NCBI GenBank assembly: GCA_049972095.1
Contig: JBMFKQ010000005.1
Span: forward strand, 1-17,330
Origin: Elusimicrobiales bacterium
GTDB taxonomy: Bacteria; Elusimicrobiota; Elusimicrobia; Elusimicrobiales; UBA9959
DNA length: 17,330 nt
Reading direction: 5' to 3'
The notes beneath the pieces were generated by a model. The model had not been told where the DNA came from. It made no database searches and saw nothing but the letters and a program-made list of their open reading frames with translations. The position numbers were made by a program, and so were the translations under genes. Positions 6,681 through 15,754 of this stretch are shown piece after piece; position 1 is the stretch's first letter; every line of letters begins with the position of its first letter.

Positions 6681-8657
6681 CTATTTAACCTTCATTTCTT
6701 TAAGAGCTTTTATTCTATCCCTCAACTCTATTGCAAGTTCAAAGTCTAAATTATCTGCAGCCTTTTTCATCTCAGCCTCAAGTTCTTCTATTAGACTATC
6801 TATATTGTTCAAGGAGATGTTTGAATATATCCTCTCATATGTATTGATGATCTTCTTTGTGTTTTGTTTTTTAATCTCCTCATATGTTACAAAAGCCTTT
6901 TCTACAGTTTTTGGTGTTATTCTGTGCTTTTTATTGTAGTCAATTTGAATCCTTCTTCTTCTTTCCATCTCCCTTACTGCATTCTTTATGGCATTAGTGA
7001 TAGTATCTGCAAATAGGATGACCTTACCACATCTGTTTCTTGCAGCCCTTCCAGCGATCTGTATAAGGGTTGTTTCATTTCTAAGATATCCACTCACATC
7101 AGCATTGAGGATTGCAACAAGTGATATCTGTGGAATATCAATGCCCTCCCTTAAAAGATTTATCCCAACAAGAACCTTAAACTCTCCTTTTTTAAATCTT
7201 TCTATTATATCAATCCTTTCAAGTGTATCCATGGAGGAGTGGATATAAGACGATCTTATGCCTTTATCGCTTAAAAATCTTGATATATCCTCACTTGTCT
7301 TTTTTGTAAGCGTCAGTACCAAAACCCTTTCATCTTTTTTTATCCTTCCATCTATTTCGTTTATGAGCTTTGTTATCTGTTGTTTATATGGGCAGATTTC
7401 AACCTCAGGATCAACAAGCCCCGTTGGCCTTATTATCTGCTCAATGATATTTCCTCCTGATATTGAAAGCTCATAGGGCCCGGGGGTTGCCGAAACAAAA
7501 CAGGTTTGTGATCTTATCATATCAAACTCCTCAAATTTTAAAGGTCTATTATCAAGTGCCGAGGGAAGTCTAAAACCATAGTCAATAAGTGTTTGCTTTC
7601 TTGATCTATCTCCCTCATACATTCCTCTTAACTGAGGTATTGCTATATGAGATTCATCTACAAAGAGTATGTAGTCATCTGGAAAATAATCAAGAAGACA
7701 CATCGGTCTTGAGCCTGGTGGTCTTTGAGTTAAGTGCCTTGAGTAGTTTTCTATTCCATGGCAATATCCTGTGGTTAAAAGCATCTCTATGTCATAGAGG
7801 GTTCTTTGCTTTAATCTTTCTGCATAAACCTCTTTGCCTTTACTTAAAAGTTCGTTGTATCTATCATTAAGCTCCTCTCTTATTGATTTAACCGCTTTTT
7901 CTATCACATCCTGTTCTATTACAAAGTGTGAGGCTGGTGATAATATAAACTCCTTAAGCTTTTTTATCTCAGATATATTTAATGGATCATACTCTGATAT
8001 TGATTTTATCTTACTGTCAAACTCCACTCTTATAAATGTATCCGAGTCCGATGGAAAAATATCTATGTAATTTCCTCTTATCCTAAATGTAAGCCTCTTG
8101 AAATTTATATCATCTCTGAGATAACCCATCCTAACAAGGCGGTTTGTGAAATCTATTCTGTTAAAGCTCATCCCAGAATATATAAGAAATGAAAAACTTT
8201 CAAAATTTTGAGGGGTTCCTATGTTGTATATGCAAGAAACTGATGCTACAACAATGGTATCTCTAAAATGAAGAACAGATGAAGTTGCCTTTATTCTAAG
8301 CTTGTCTATCTGTTCATTTATTGAAGCATCTTTTTCTATATATGTGTCTGTTTGTGGAATGTATGCCTCTGGTTGGTAATAGTCATAATACGATATGAAG
8401 TATTCAACATGATTCTCTGGAAAAAATGTTTTAAACTCTGTGTATAGCTGTGCTGCAAGAACCTTGTTCGGAGATATGATAAGTGCAGGACGATTTAACT
8501 CAGCAATAACATTTGCCATAGTAAATGTTTTACCGCTTCCCGTAACCCCAAGAAGAACCTGATTTTTTATTCCCTTTTTAAAGTTTTCAACTATTCTTTT
8601 TATTGCCTTTGGTTGATCCCCTTTCGGTTTGAATTGTGATACAAGTCTGAATTTCAT
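6681..8657 (-). CDS. uvrB: Excinuclease ABC subunit B
   Basis: PKGDQP, LLGVTGSGKT, YFISYYDYYQPEAY, DESH, FRLPSALDNRPL, GINLLREG, GRAARN, C-terminal UVR domain (LDFELAIELRD). Confidence 0.98.
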   Translation of the reverse strand: MKFRLVSQFKPKGDQPKAIKRIVENFKKGIKNQVLLGVTGSGKTFTMANVIAELNRPALIISPNKVLAAQLYTEFKTFFPENHVEYFISYYDYYQPEAYIPQTDTYIEKDASINEQIDKLRIKATSSVLHFRDTIVVASVSCIYNIGTPQNFESFSFLIYSGMSFNRIDFTNRLVRMGYLRDDINFKRLTFRIRGNYIDIFPSDSDTFIRVEFDSKIKSISEYDPLNISEIKKLKEFILSPASHFVIEQDVIEKAVKSIREELNDRYNELLSKGKEVYAERLKQRTLYDIEMLLTTGYCHGIENYSRHLTQRPPGSRPMCLLDYFPDDYILFVDESHIAIPQLRGMYEGDRSRKQTLIDYGFRLPSALDNRPLKFEEFDMIRSQTCFVSATPGPYELSISGGNIIEQIIRPTGLVDPEVEICPYKQQITKLINEIDGRIKKDERVLVLTLTKKTSEDISRFLSDKGIRSSYIHSSMDTLERIDIIERFKKGEFKVLVGINLLREGIDIPQISLVAILNADVSGYLRNETTLIQIAGRAARNRCGKVILFADTITNAIKNAVREMERRRRIQIDYNKKHRITPKTVEKAFVTYEEIKKQNTKKIINTYERIYSNISLNNIDSLIEELEAEMKKAADNLDFELAIELRDRIKALKEMKVK

Positions 8658-9565
8658 TTGTCAATTATTTCTCTTAAAAAACCTCTGTGTTTTTTAATCA
8701 GTTTTTCTGCCTCTTTTTTTGATATTCCTTTTATAGCCATAACTATTGCTGTTTTAAGGTTGTATTTAGTTTTATTTAGGTATTTCCTTGCCTCATCACG
8801 ACTTAAACCAGTTATTTCACAGAAAACCCTCTCTGCCCTCATTATAAGCTTTTGATTTGTAGGCTTTACATCAACCATCCAGTTATGATAAACCTTTCCG
8901 GATAGAATCATAGCTGAGGTTGTCAACATATTAAGTATTAGTTTGGTGGCTGTAGCGCTTTTCATCCTTGTCGAACCGTTGATTGGTTCAGGACCTACAT
9001 CTACTGCAAGGGTTATAACTGGTTTTTTGAGTTTCTCATATGGGTTTGCAGTTATAAATATAACATTCATCCCTTTTTTTATTGCTGAATCTATTGCTCC
9101 CCTTACATACGGGGTTATTCCGCTTGCAGCAATTGCAACAAGCACATCATCTTTCTTGCCTTTTCTTTCTATCATCCTAAATCCGTCCTCATATATATCC
9201 TCTGCACCCTCTTTTGCCCTAAACATAGCACCTCTACCGCCACACATAACTGCCTCAAATTCTTGAGGTTTTACACCATAGGTCGGAACAAGCTCCACGG
9301 CCTCAAGCACTCCAAGTCTTCCGCTTGTGCCTGCGCCAGTAAATATCGTTTTTTTTCCTGACAAAAAAGCCTTTGAAATTATTTTTGCTCCCTTTGCTAT
9401 ATCTGGAATTATCTTTCTTACAGCAAGAGGAACTTTTATGTCCTCGTCGTTCAGTTTTTCAAGAATTTTGACAAGAGAAATTCTATCTATATCAAATGTA
9501 TTTTTATTTATCTGCTCTGTTGGTAGAGATGAATACAGTTCAAACCTTGTATCTGCATTTTTCAT
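8654..9565 (-). CDS. murQ: N-acetylmuramic acid 6-phosphate etherase
   Basis: TEQIN, GAGTSGRLGVL, EGAED, IAASGITPYV, GPE...GSTRMK, K..LNML, N.MVDV...N.KL..RA. Confidence 0.95.
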   Translation of the reverse strand: MKNADTRFELYSSLPTEQINKNTFDIDRISLVKILEKLNDEDIKVPLAVRKIIPDIAKGAKIISKAFLSGKKTIFTGAGTSGRLGVLEAVELVPTYGVKPQEFEAVMCGGRGAMFRAKEGAEDIYEDGFRMIERKGKKDDVLVAIAASGITPYVRGAIDSAIKKGMNVIFITANPYEKLKKPVITLAVDVGPEPINGSTRMKSATATKLILNMLTTSAMILSGKVYHNWMVDVKPTNQKLIMRAERVFCEITGLSRDEARKYLNKTKYNLKTAIVMAIKGISKKEAEKLIKKHRGFLREIIDK

Positions 9566-9566
9566 A

Positions 9567-10412
9567 TTATTCTGCCTCGATTATCAAGTATGAATTTTTA
9601 AGCGGTTGAGTAGAAACTTCTGTTTGTGATGAGATAGATATAGAGAGTGTTGATGAAGATATATCAATCACATCAAAAAGATAGGGGGTGTTTATCCAGT
9701 GAAGTATTCTATATATAAGTGATTTTGAGATCTCTTTTGGTGATGTAAAATTGCCATTTATGATAAGGAATGTCCCATTCTGCTTTGTTTTTGATTTTGC
9801 AAGATAATACATAAGCAGTGTGTCTCTTATTCTTTTTATGTTGTTTTCTGAACTTACTATGAGAAGGGGTCTGGGCCCATAGTTTCTTAGAAGTCCTATT
9901 ATTGGAATATCATTTATTATTGAATATGGATTTATTAAGACTAATCCTGCGATAACCCTGTTTATCACACAAAACTTTGCAGAAACATTCGCACCAAGAT
10001 TTGAGCCAATTATAAATATTTTGTCCTCTTTAATTCCTGCTGATGAAAGATAAACAACAGCTGTGTCTATATCCCTTATCATCTTGTTGTAGTCATTATC
10101 ATTTCCTGACACTGAAAAACTCTTGTATGTTTGAGATGAACCATCCGTCTTATATATGGAAAGACCATGACCTCTCAGATCAATTGCAGCCCATCCGTAG
10201 CCGAAGGATTCTATGAACTCAAACCATTTCTTCCATTCAAGATGATTCTCTTTCTGAGAGTGGATAAGCAAAAGGAGTGGGAGGTTTTCTTTTTTAGGCT
10301 TTACATATTTTAAATAAATCTTCCAGCCATCTTCTGTTTCAAGAAAAATACTTTCGTAACAGGAAAGATCAGCTGATAGAAATACTGTTAAGAAAAGCGT
10401 TAGAAATAACAT
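9567..10412 (-). CDS. Exported alpha/beta-hydrolase-fold protein, apparently with degenerate catalytic residues
   Basis: Short signal-like N-terminus, TEDGWKI, LLLIH, AIDLRGHGLS, nucleophile-elbow region IIGSNLGANV, Ser/Thr-rich tail. Confidence 0.75.
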   Translation of the reverse strand: MLFLTLFLTVFLSADLSCYESIFLETEDGWKIYLKYVKPKKENLPLLLLIHSQKENHLEWKKWFEFIESFGYGWAAIDLRGHGLSIYKTDGSSQTYKSFSVSGNDNDYNKMIRDIDTAVVYLSSAGIKEDKIFIIGSNLGANVSAKFCVINRVIAGLVLINPYSIINDIPIIGLLRNYGPRPLLIVSSENNIKRIRDTLLMYYLAKSKTKQNGTFLIINGNFTSPKEISKSLIYRILHWINTPYLFDVIDISSSTLSISISSQTEVSTQPLKNSYLIIEAE

Positions 10413-10413
10413 C

Positions 10414-10869
10414 TTATTCTATTATTTCATTATCATTAAACCATAGTTTTATCTCTTTTTCCGCCTCCTCTCTACTACCGCTTGCATGTATAACATTTTC
10501 AAACCGACCTTTTGTGGTGATTCTTCCAAATGAACCTCTTATTGTCCAGGGCTGTGCCAACTCTGGATTTGTTGCTCCAACAATCCTTCTTATCTCAGAT
10601 ATCGCATTTTCACCTTTATATACAAGTGCAAGAATTTTATTATTTTTTATCCCATGAAATTCACCCCTTATATATCTTATGAGATCTTCAAAAAATGGTT
10701 GGTCTTTAAGTGCTTCGTAGTGTTTTCTTGCAAGCTCCTCGCTAACACTTATAAGCTTTGCAGCAACCATCTCAAATCCTGAGTTTTCAAGCCTGTCTAT
10801 GACAAGACCAGTGAGTTTCCTGACTGCTGCATCTGGTTTTATGAGGATAAGTGTTTTTTCAACTGCCAT
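10414..10869 (-). CDS. ndk: Nucleoside-diphosphate kinase
   Basis: EKTLILIKPDA, HY...PFF, R.IVGATNP..A.P.TIRG, N.IHAS (catalytic His), EIKLWF. Confidence 0.96.
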   Translation of the reverse strand: MAVEKTLILIKPDAAVRKLTGLVIDRLENSGFEMVAAKLISVSEELARKHYEALKDQPFFEDLIRYIRGEFHGIKNNKILALVYKGENAISEIRRIVGATNPELAQPWTIRGSFGRITTKGRFENVIHASGSREEAEKEIKLWFNDNEIIE

Positions 10870-10910
10870 CGTCTTTCTCCGCTTTACCTTTAACAGAACA
10901 CTTAAAGAAA

Positions 10911-10930
10911 ATTTTACAAATTTATAAAAT
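10911..10930. promoter_or_regulatory. 20-bp near-palindrome ATTTTACAAATTTATAAAAT with outward-facing TAAAAT -10 boxes for the divergent ndk and tmk operons
   Basis: One mismatched pair. Minus-strand TAAAAT at 10911-10916, plus-strand TAAAAT at 10925-10930, in a 69-nt gap. Confidence 0.45.
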
Positions 10931-10938
10931 ATAATTCT

Positions 10939-11556
10939 ATGAGTGAAAGGGGGTTTTTTATAGTTTTTGAAGGACCAGATAAGAGTGGAAAGACAACGCA
11001 GGCAAAACTTCTTGAAGAATATCTCAAGAGAAATGGATATAAAGCTATCCTTACAAGAGAACCCGGAGGAACCAGTATCTCAGAAAAGATAAGAGATTTA
11101 ATCCTTGATCCCAAAAATATAATCTCGCCGATGTGTGAGCTTTTGCTCTATGAGGCTTCAAGAGCAGATCATGTTGAAAACCTGATAAAACCTGCTTTAA
11201 ACGATGGATATATCGTAATATCTGACAGATTTACCATTGCAAGCCTGGTTTATCAAGGGTTTGCAAGAGGACTTGGGGTTGATCTTGTTGAAAAACTCAA
11301 TAGAATTGCTACAGCTGGACTTAAGATAGACATAATATTCGGCTTTGATATATCGGTTGATGAGTATTATAAAAGAAGCATGATTTTTCCAAAAGATAGG
11401 ATGGAAGATGAGGATAGAATATTCATATCAAAGGTTATAGATGCTTACAGACAGATATATAAAAAAAACAGGAGGATAAAGGTTATAGATGCTACAAAAA
11501 GCATTGATGAGATACATCTGCTTATAGTAAAAGAGGTTGAAAAGAAATTATTATGA
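10939..11556 (+). CDS. tmk: Thymidylate kinase
   Basis: FIVFEGPDKSGKTTQ (P-loop), TREPGG, ELLLY.A.R..H, VISDRF..AS.VYQG, DR.E. Confidence 0.96.
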   Translation: MSERGFFIVFEGPDKSGKTTQAKLLEEYLKRNGYKAILTREPGGTSISEKIRDLILDPKNIISPMCELLLYEASRADHVENLIKPALNDGYIVISDRFTIASLVYQGFARGLGVDLVEKLNRIATAGLKIDIIFGFDISVDEYYKRSMIFPKDRMEDEDRIFISKVIDAYRQIYKKNRRIKVIDATKSIDEIHLLIVKEVEKKLL

Positions 11557-12509
11557 ATTTTTCAACTATAAAAGGGCACAGAAGGAATATTAATTTTCTT
11601 CTGAAACTTTTAGAAGGTCAAAGATTTTTCCATTCATATCTTTTCTCAGGGGTTGAGGGATGCGGTAAAAAACTTGTTGCCCTTGCTTTTGCAAGAAGGA
11701 TTCTGTGTATTGATAAAATGAGCGATGAATGTGATTGTGAGAGCTGCAGAATGTTTAGAAAAAATGTGCATCCAGATTTCAGGCTCGTTGATTATGCTTT
11801 TCAATCATCACTTCTTGGTGAGGATGTAGAGGAACAGAAGAGTATAAAGATCTCAACTATAAGGGAGATTATTAGATTCTCATCTATGAATCCATCTGTT
11901 TCAGGTAAAAAAGTTATTATTATTGATGATGCTCATAAGATGGTAGTTGAAGCACAGAATGCCCTTTTGAAAACCCTTGAAGAGCCTGGACAAACATCAA
12001 TCTTTATACTTATATCACCCTCCCCTGGACTTTTGCTTCCAACTGTGGTTTCAAGATGCCACACGATTAACTTTGCTGCGCTTAGTGAGAAAGATGTTGA
12101 GGAGATACTTATTGAAAAAGGATTTGAACCAGTCATGGCAAGGCAGTGTAGTGAGTCAAGTGGAGGTTCTGTAATGCTTGCTTTGAAGCATATGGAAATA
12201 TTTAGAACAATAAAAGAATTTTCAAACCTTGGTCCAATCGCCCCCTTTGCTATAACAGCAAAGATTATCAAAATGGCTATCCCACAAGAGGCTGTTCGTT
12301 GGTTGATAGATGTAGTAGATTCAAGAATAAACAAGATAATATATTCTGATATACCAGCTGAAATGAGGGAGAAGGGGATAAGGATTGTTAAGGATAATAT
12401 GAAATATAGAAACTTTTTAAGGCACAATGTTAATGCAAGGATAATCTCATTTTTAGTTTTGCAGAGATATCTTTCTTTTAGAAAGGAGATTTCAGCTTTT
12501 GTAAAATGA
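11553..12509 (+). CDS. holB: DNA polymerase III subunit delta'
   Basis: HSYLFSG..G.GK, zinc module C...CDCESC, HPDF, KVIIIDDAH.M..EAQNALLKTLEEP, LLPTVVSRC. Canonical tmk-holB linkage. Confidence 0.93.
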   Translation: MNFSTIKGHRRNINFLLKLLEGQRFFHSYLFSGVEGCGKKLVALAFARRILCIDKMSDECDCESCRMFRKNVHPDFRLVDYAFQSSLLGEDVEEQKSIKISTIREIIRFSSMNPSVSGKKVIIIDDAHKMVVEAQNALLKTLEEPGQTSIFILISPSPGLLLPTVVSRCHTINFAALSEKDVEEILIEKGFEPVMARQCSESSGGSVMLALKHMEIFRTIKEFSNLGPIAPFAITAKIIKMAIPQEAVRWLIDVVDSRINKIIYSDIPAEMREKGIRIVKDNMKYRNFLRHNVNARIISFLVLQRYLSFRKEISAFVK

Positions 12510-12528
12510 TATCTATCAAGGAGAAGAT

Positions 12529-14001
12529 ATGAAGAAATACTATATTACCACACCCCTTTATTATGTGAACTACCCACCTCATATCGGTCATGCATACACA
12601 ACTGTTGCTGCGGATGTTGTTGCAAGGTATAAAAAAATGAAAGGGATTGATGTATTTTTTCAGACAGGAACTGATGAGCATGGAATAAACATAGAAAGAA
12701 CAGCTCAAAGACATTCTAAAACTCCAAAAGAGTGGGCTGATGAGATAATGAAACATTTTGTTGATATGTGGAAGGTTCTTCATATTGACTATGATTACTT
12801 TATAAGAACGACAGATAAGGAGCACGAAAGACAGGTTCAGCTTGTGTTTGAAAAGCTTATAGATAGTGGTGATATATACAAGGGAGGTTACGAAGGCCTT
12901 TATTGTAGCTCCTGCGAGAATTTCTATGAAGAAGCAGAACTTATTAGTGGTAGTTGCCCTGTTCATAAAAAACCTGTTGAAAGAGTAAGTGAGGAAACAT
13001 ATTTCTTTAAGCTTTCAAACTATCAAAATAAACTGCTTGAGTTTTATGAGAAAAACCCTTCCTTTCTCTCCCCCTCATACAGAGCCAGTGAGGTCATAAA
13101 CTTTGTTAAAGGGGGTTTAAAGGATCTCTCCGTTTCAAGAACAAGGGTTAAATGGGGAATACCGGTTTTGAGGGATCCTGATCATACTATATATGTGTGG
13201 TTTGATGCCCTTTTAAACTATATAACAGGACCAGGCTATAAAGTTGATGGAAACAATGAAGAATTTTTCAAAATATGGCCCTGCGATGTTCATTTTATTG
13301 GAAAAGAGATATTCAGATTTCATGCTGTTATATGGCCTGCAATCCTTATGGCGCTTGATCTCCCGCTACCAAAAAGGGTTTATGCTCATGGGTGGTGGAC
13401 AGTTGAAAATGAAAAGATGTCAAAATCAAGGGGAAATATAATAAATCCACTTGATATAGTAAAGGAATACAGCTCAGATGTCTTTAGATACTTTATTCTA
13501 AGAGAGGTTCCTTTTGGTCAAGATGGAGATTTTTCAAGCCAGGCTCTAAAAAACAGATACAACTCTGAGCTATGCAATGGACTTGGAAATCTTTTTTCAA
13601 GGGTTATGAGCATGGTAAGGAAATACTGCAATAATCTGATAGCTGAAAAACCCCTTAGCTTAGTATTCTTTGATGAGCTTATGAATATTGATAGGATTTA
13701 CGAAAGAGAAATGGAGGAATTTAATTTTAGCTCTGCACTTGAAGCTGTTATGAAAGCCGTATATTATATGAACAAAGAGATAGACGAAAAAAAACCATGG
13801 GAGATAGCAAAAAATGATATGGAGAATCTCAAAAGATTTTTGAATGATATGCTATGGGGTTTAAGAATGATTGCAAAATGGATATATCCTTTTATGCCTC
13901 AAACATCACTTAAAATAACTATGCATCTTGCAGATGACAAAAATAAACAAAGGATTATGAACAATGAAAAAATTGAGTTGCTTTTTCCAAGGAAAGTCTA
14001 A
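12529..14001 (+). CDS. metG: Methionine--tRNA ligase, short form without the C-terminal dimerisation/tRNA-binding domain
   Basis: YITTPLYYVN..PHIGH, TGTDEHG, single knuckle CSSC...CPVH, YVWFDALLNY, KMSKS. AAGGAG SD. Confidence 0.97.
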   Translation: MKKYYITTPLYYVNYPPHIGHAYTTVAADVVARYKKMKGIDVFFQTGTDEHGINIERTAQRHSKTPKEWADEIMKHFVDMWKVLHIDYDYFIRTTDKEHERQVQLVFEKLIDSGDIYKGGYEGLYCSSCENFYEEAELISGSCPVHKKPVERVSEETYFFKLSNYQNKLLEFYEKNPSFLSPSYRASEVINFVKGGLKDLSVSRTRVKWGIPVLRDPDHTIYVWFDALLNYITGPGYKVDGNNEEFFKIWPCDVHFIGKEIFRFHAVIWPAILMALDLPLPKRVYAHGWWTVENEKMSKSRGNIINPLDIVKEYSSDVFRYFILREVPFGQDGDFSSQALKNRYNSELCNGLGNLFSRVMSMVRKYCNNLIAEKPLSLVFFDELMNIDRIYEREMEEFNFSSALEAVMKAVYYMNKEIDEKKPWEIAKNDMENLKRFLNDMLWGLRMIAKWIYPFMPQTSLKITMHLADDKNKQRIMNNEKIELLFPRKV

Positions 14002-14774
14002 TTTAATTTTTGAAAGAAAAGTCTATAGAAGAAATATACTACCCCAGAAAGCGCATAGAGAGCAAAGAATATAAAAAGAGCATTTTGAGGATAGATTGCT
14101 ACTAAAAATATTGTTGACACTAATGCAATAATCCCAAGAGGCGATTTAATTGTAAAAGAATTCTTTGATTTCATCGCAACATAGGGTATTGATGAAACCA
14201 TAAGAATTGATATTATAATCATTATTAAAGGAAATATGTTGTAAAGAAATGGCATGCTTACCGATAAAAATTTTATGGTCTTTTGAGGAGTTTCATCTTC
14301 TATTATTGAGTATGACATAACAAAGAATATTATTATTCCTGCTGCTGCAGGTATTGGCAAACCCTGAAAATGTGTTTTTGATGAATCACCATAAATGGAC
14401 TTGAGATTAAATCTTGCAAGCCGAAGTGCTCCGCATATTATATAGATGAGAACAACAGGATAACTAACCAGTCCGTATTCTTTTAATGCAAACTCATATA
14501 TCATATATGCAGGGGCTATCCCAAACGAAAGCCAGTCAGAAAATGAGTCAAGCTCTATACCCATTTCTGTTTCAGCATCGATCATTCTTGCGATTCTTCC
14601 ATCAAGTATATCCATTATGTATGAACCTATGAGAAAATAGCATGCTTGCATAAAATTCTCATTCGCAACATTAAGAAGTGCCATAATCCCAAACGCCATA
14701 TTTGAGAGCGTAAATATTGATGGTATAGCACTTTTTGTTTTTCTCTTTATGTATTCAACCCTTTCATCTACCAT
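13998..14774 (-). CDS. pssA: CDP-diacylglycerol--serine O-phosphatidyltransferase
   Basis: P...TL.N, CDP-alcohol phosphotransferase motif DILDGRIAR...G.ELDS.SD..SFGIAPA, RLARFN, FQGLPIPAAA. Overlaps psd. Confidence 0.94.
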   Translation of the reverse strand: MVDERVEYIKRKTKSAIPSIFTLSNMAFGIMALLNVANENFMQACYFLIGSYIMDILDGRIARMIDAETEMGIELDSFSDWLSFGIAPAYMIYEFALKEYGLVSYPVVLIYIICGALRLARFNLKSIYGDSSKTHFQGLPIPAAAGIIIFFVMSYSIIEDETPQKTIKFLSVSMPFLYNIFPLIMIIISILMVSSIPYVAMKSKNSFTIKSPLGIIALVSTIFLVAIYPQNALFIFFALYALSGVVYFFYRLFFQKLN

Positions 14775-15388
14775 TCTGCCACCACATCCACTGCTGCCTT
14801 AAGTTTCTGTTTTGGTTTAACCTTTATTTTTACATCTTTCGGAAGATAAAGAGCAACCTGCGAGCCAAAGTATATAATGCCTATTTTTTCACCGTTGTTT
14901 ATCTCCTGACCTTGCCTAACATAACAATTTATCCTTCTTGCAATTGCACCAGCGATTTGTTCTACCCAAACCTCTTTACCATTTTGAGCAACTATCTTTA
15001 TCATATTTCTCTGATTATCTTTAGCCTTGTGTTTATAGGCTATGCTAAACCTTCCTGGATAAAATTTTATCTCTTTTATCCTTCCCTTAACAGGGGAGCG
15101 CTGGATGTGAGTGTCGAATATTGAAAGGAAAATTCTTATAACCATCATCTGCGAACCTTCATCCGATATGGATATGACAGTTCCGTCGCCGGGAGAGGAG
15201 ATTTCATTAGCCTTGAAATTTGGATTTCTTTTGGGATCTCTAAAAAAATAGAGTGAAAATAAAAGCACAACTGCACTTATAAAAGAAACCATATAAAGAG
15301 GGGTAAAGCCTTTTGCTGCATAAAGGGATATTATAAGTGAAAGAAGAGAGATTATAACCAATTTTCTTGCTTCTGGTGCAACTTTCAT
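14768..15388 (-). CDS. psd: Phosphatidylserine decarboxylase proenzyme (short PSD-A type)
   Basis: FFRDP.R, SPGDG.V, IFLS.FD.H..RSP, QIAG.IARRI, G.I.FGS (pyruvoyl cleavage site). Confidence 0.94.
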   Translation of the reverse strand: MKVAPEARKLVIISLLSLIISLYAAKGFTPLYMVSFISAVVLLFSLYFFRDPKRNPNFKANEISSPGDGTVISISDEGSQMMVIRIFLSIFDTHIQRSPVKGRIKEIKFYPGRFSIAYKHKAKDNQRNMIKIVAQNGKEVWVEQIAGAIARRINCYVRQGQEINNGEKIGIIYFGSQVALYLPKDVKIKVKPKQKLKAAVDVVAEW

Positions 15389-15401
15389 AACTAAAATTAT
15401 A
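15389..15401 (-). promoter_or_regulatory. TATAAT -10 box 7 nt upstream of the psd ATG (probable leaderless promoter)
   Basis: Minus strand reads ...TTTG-TATAAT-TTTAGTT-ATG with no SD sequence. Confidence 0.5.
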
Positions 15402-15627
15402 CAAAATTAGAAAAAAAACTCCATAGATTTTTAAAAACAGATCCTTGTGCCTTTCAAATCTTATGAAAATGACATATAGGAAAGCCTTCCAACTTTAAGT
15501 CTCAAAGCTTTACTTTCTTTGATAGGCAGAGCCTTTCCAGGTTTTGATATTCTATATGGAGTTGTTACAACAACAGTATCTGTACTTTGACATCATTTAT
15601 AATTGAGAAGCTATGATCTATCTTGTA

Positions 15628-15715
15628 TGGGCGGGGCGGGACTCGAACCCGCACGGCCTTTTAATCGGCCAACGGATTTTAAGTCCGTCGCGTCTACCAA
15701 TTCCGCCACCTGCCC
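15628..15715 (-). tRNA. tRNA-Leu(UAA), long variable arm, CCA not encoded
   Basis: Minus strand GGGCAGGTGGCGGAATTGGTAGACGCG-ACGGA-CT-TAA-AA-TCCGT-TGGCCGATTAAAAGGCCGT-GCGGG-TTCGAGT-CCCGC-CCCGCCC-A: D loop with GG, anticodon TAA, TTCGA T loop, discriminator A. Confidence 0.97.
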
Positions 15716-15754
15716 TAATGATTATTTTATTATTTTTTTAGTCTTCATAGAAAT

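Noticed and set aside
15390..15715. Intact integrative element or prophage at tRNA-Leu
   Set aside because: No integrase and no duplicate of the tRNA 3' end in the window. Only ~240 nt separate the tRNA from psd.
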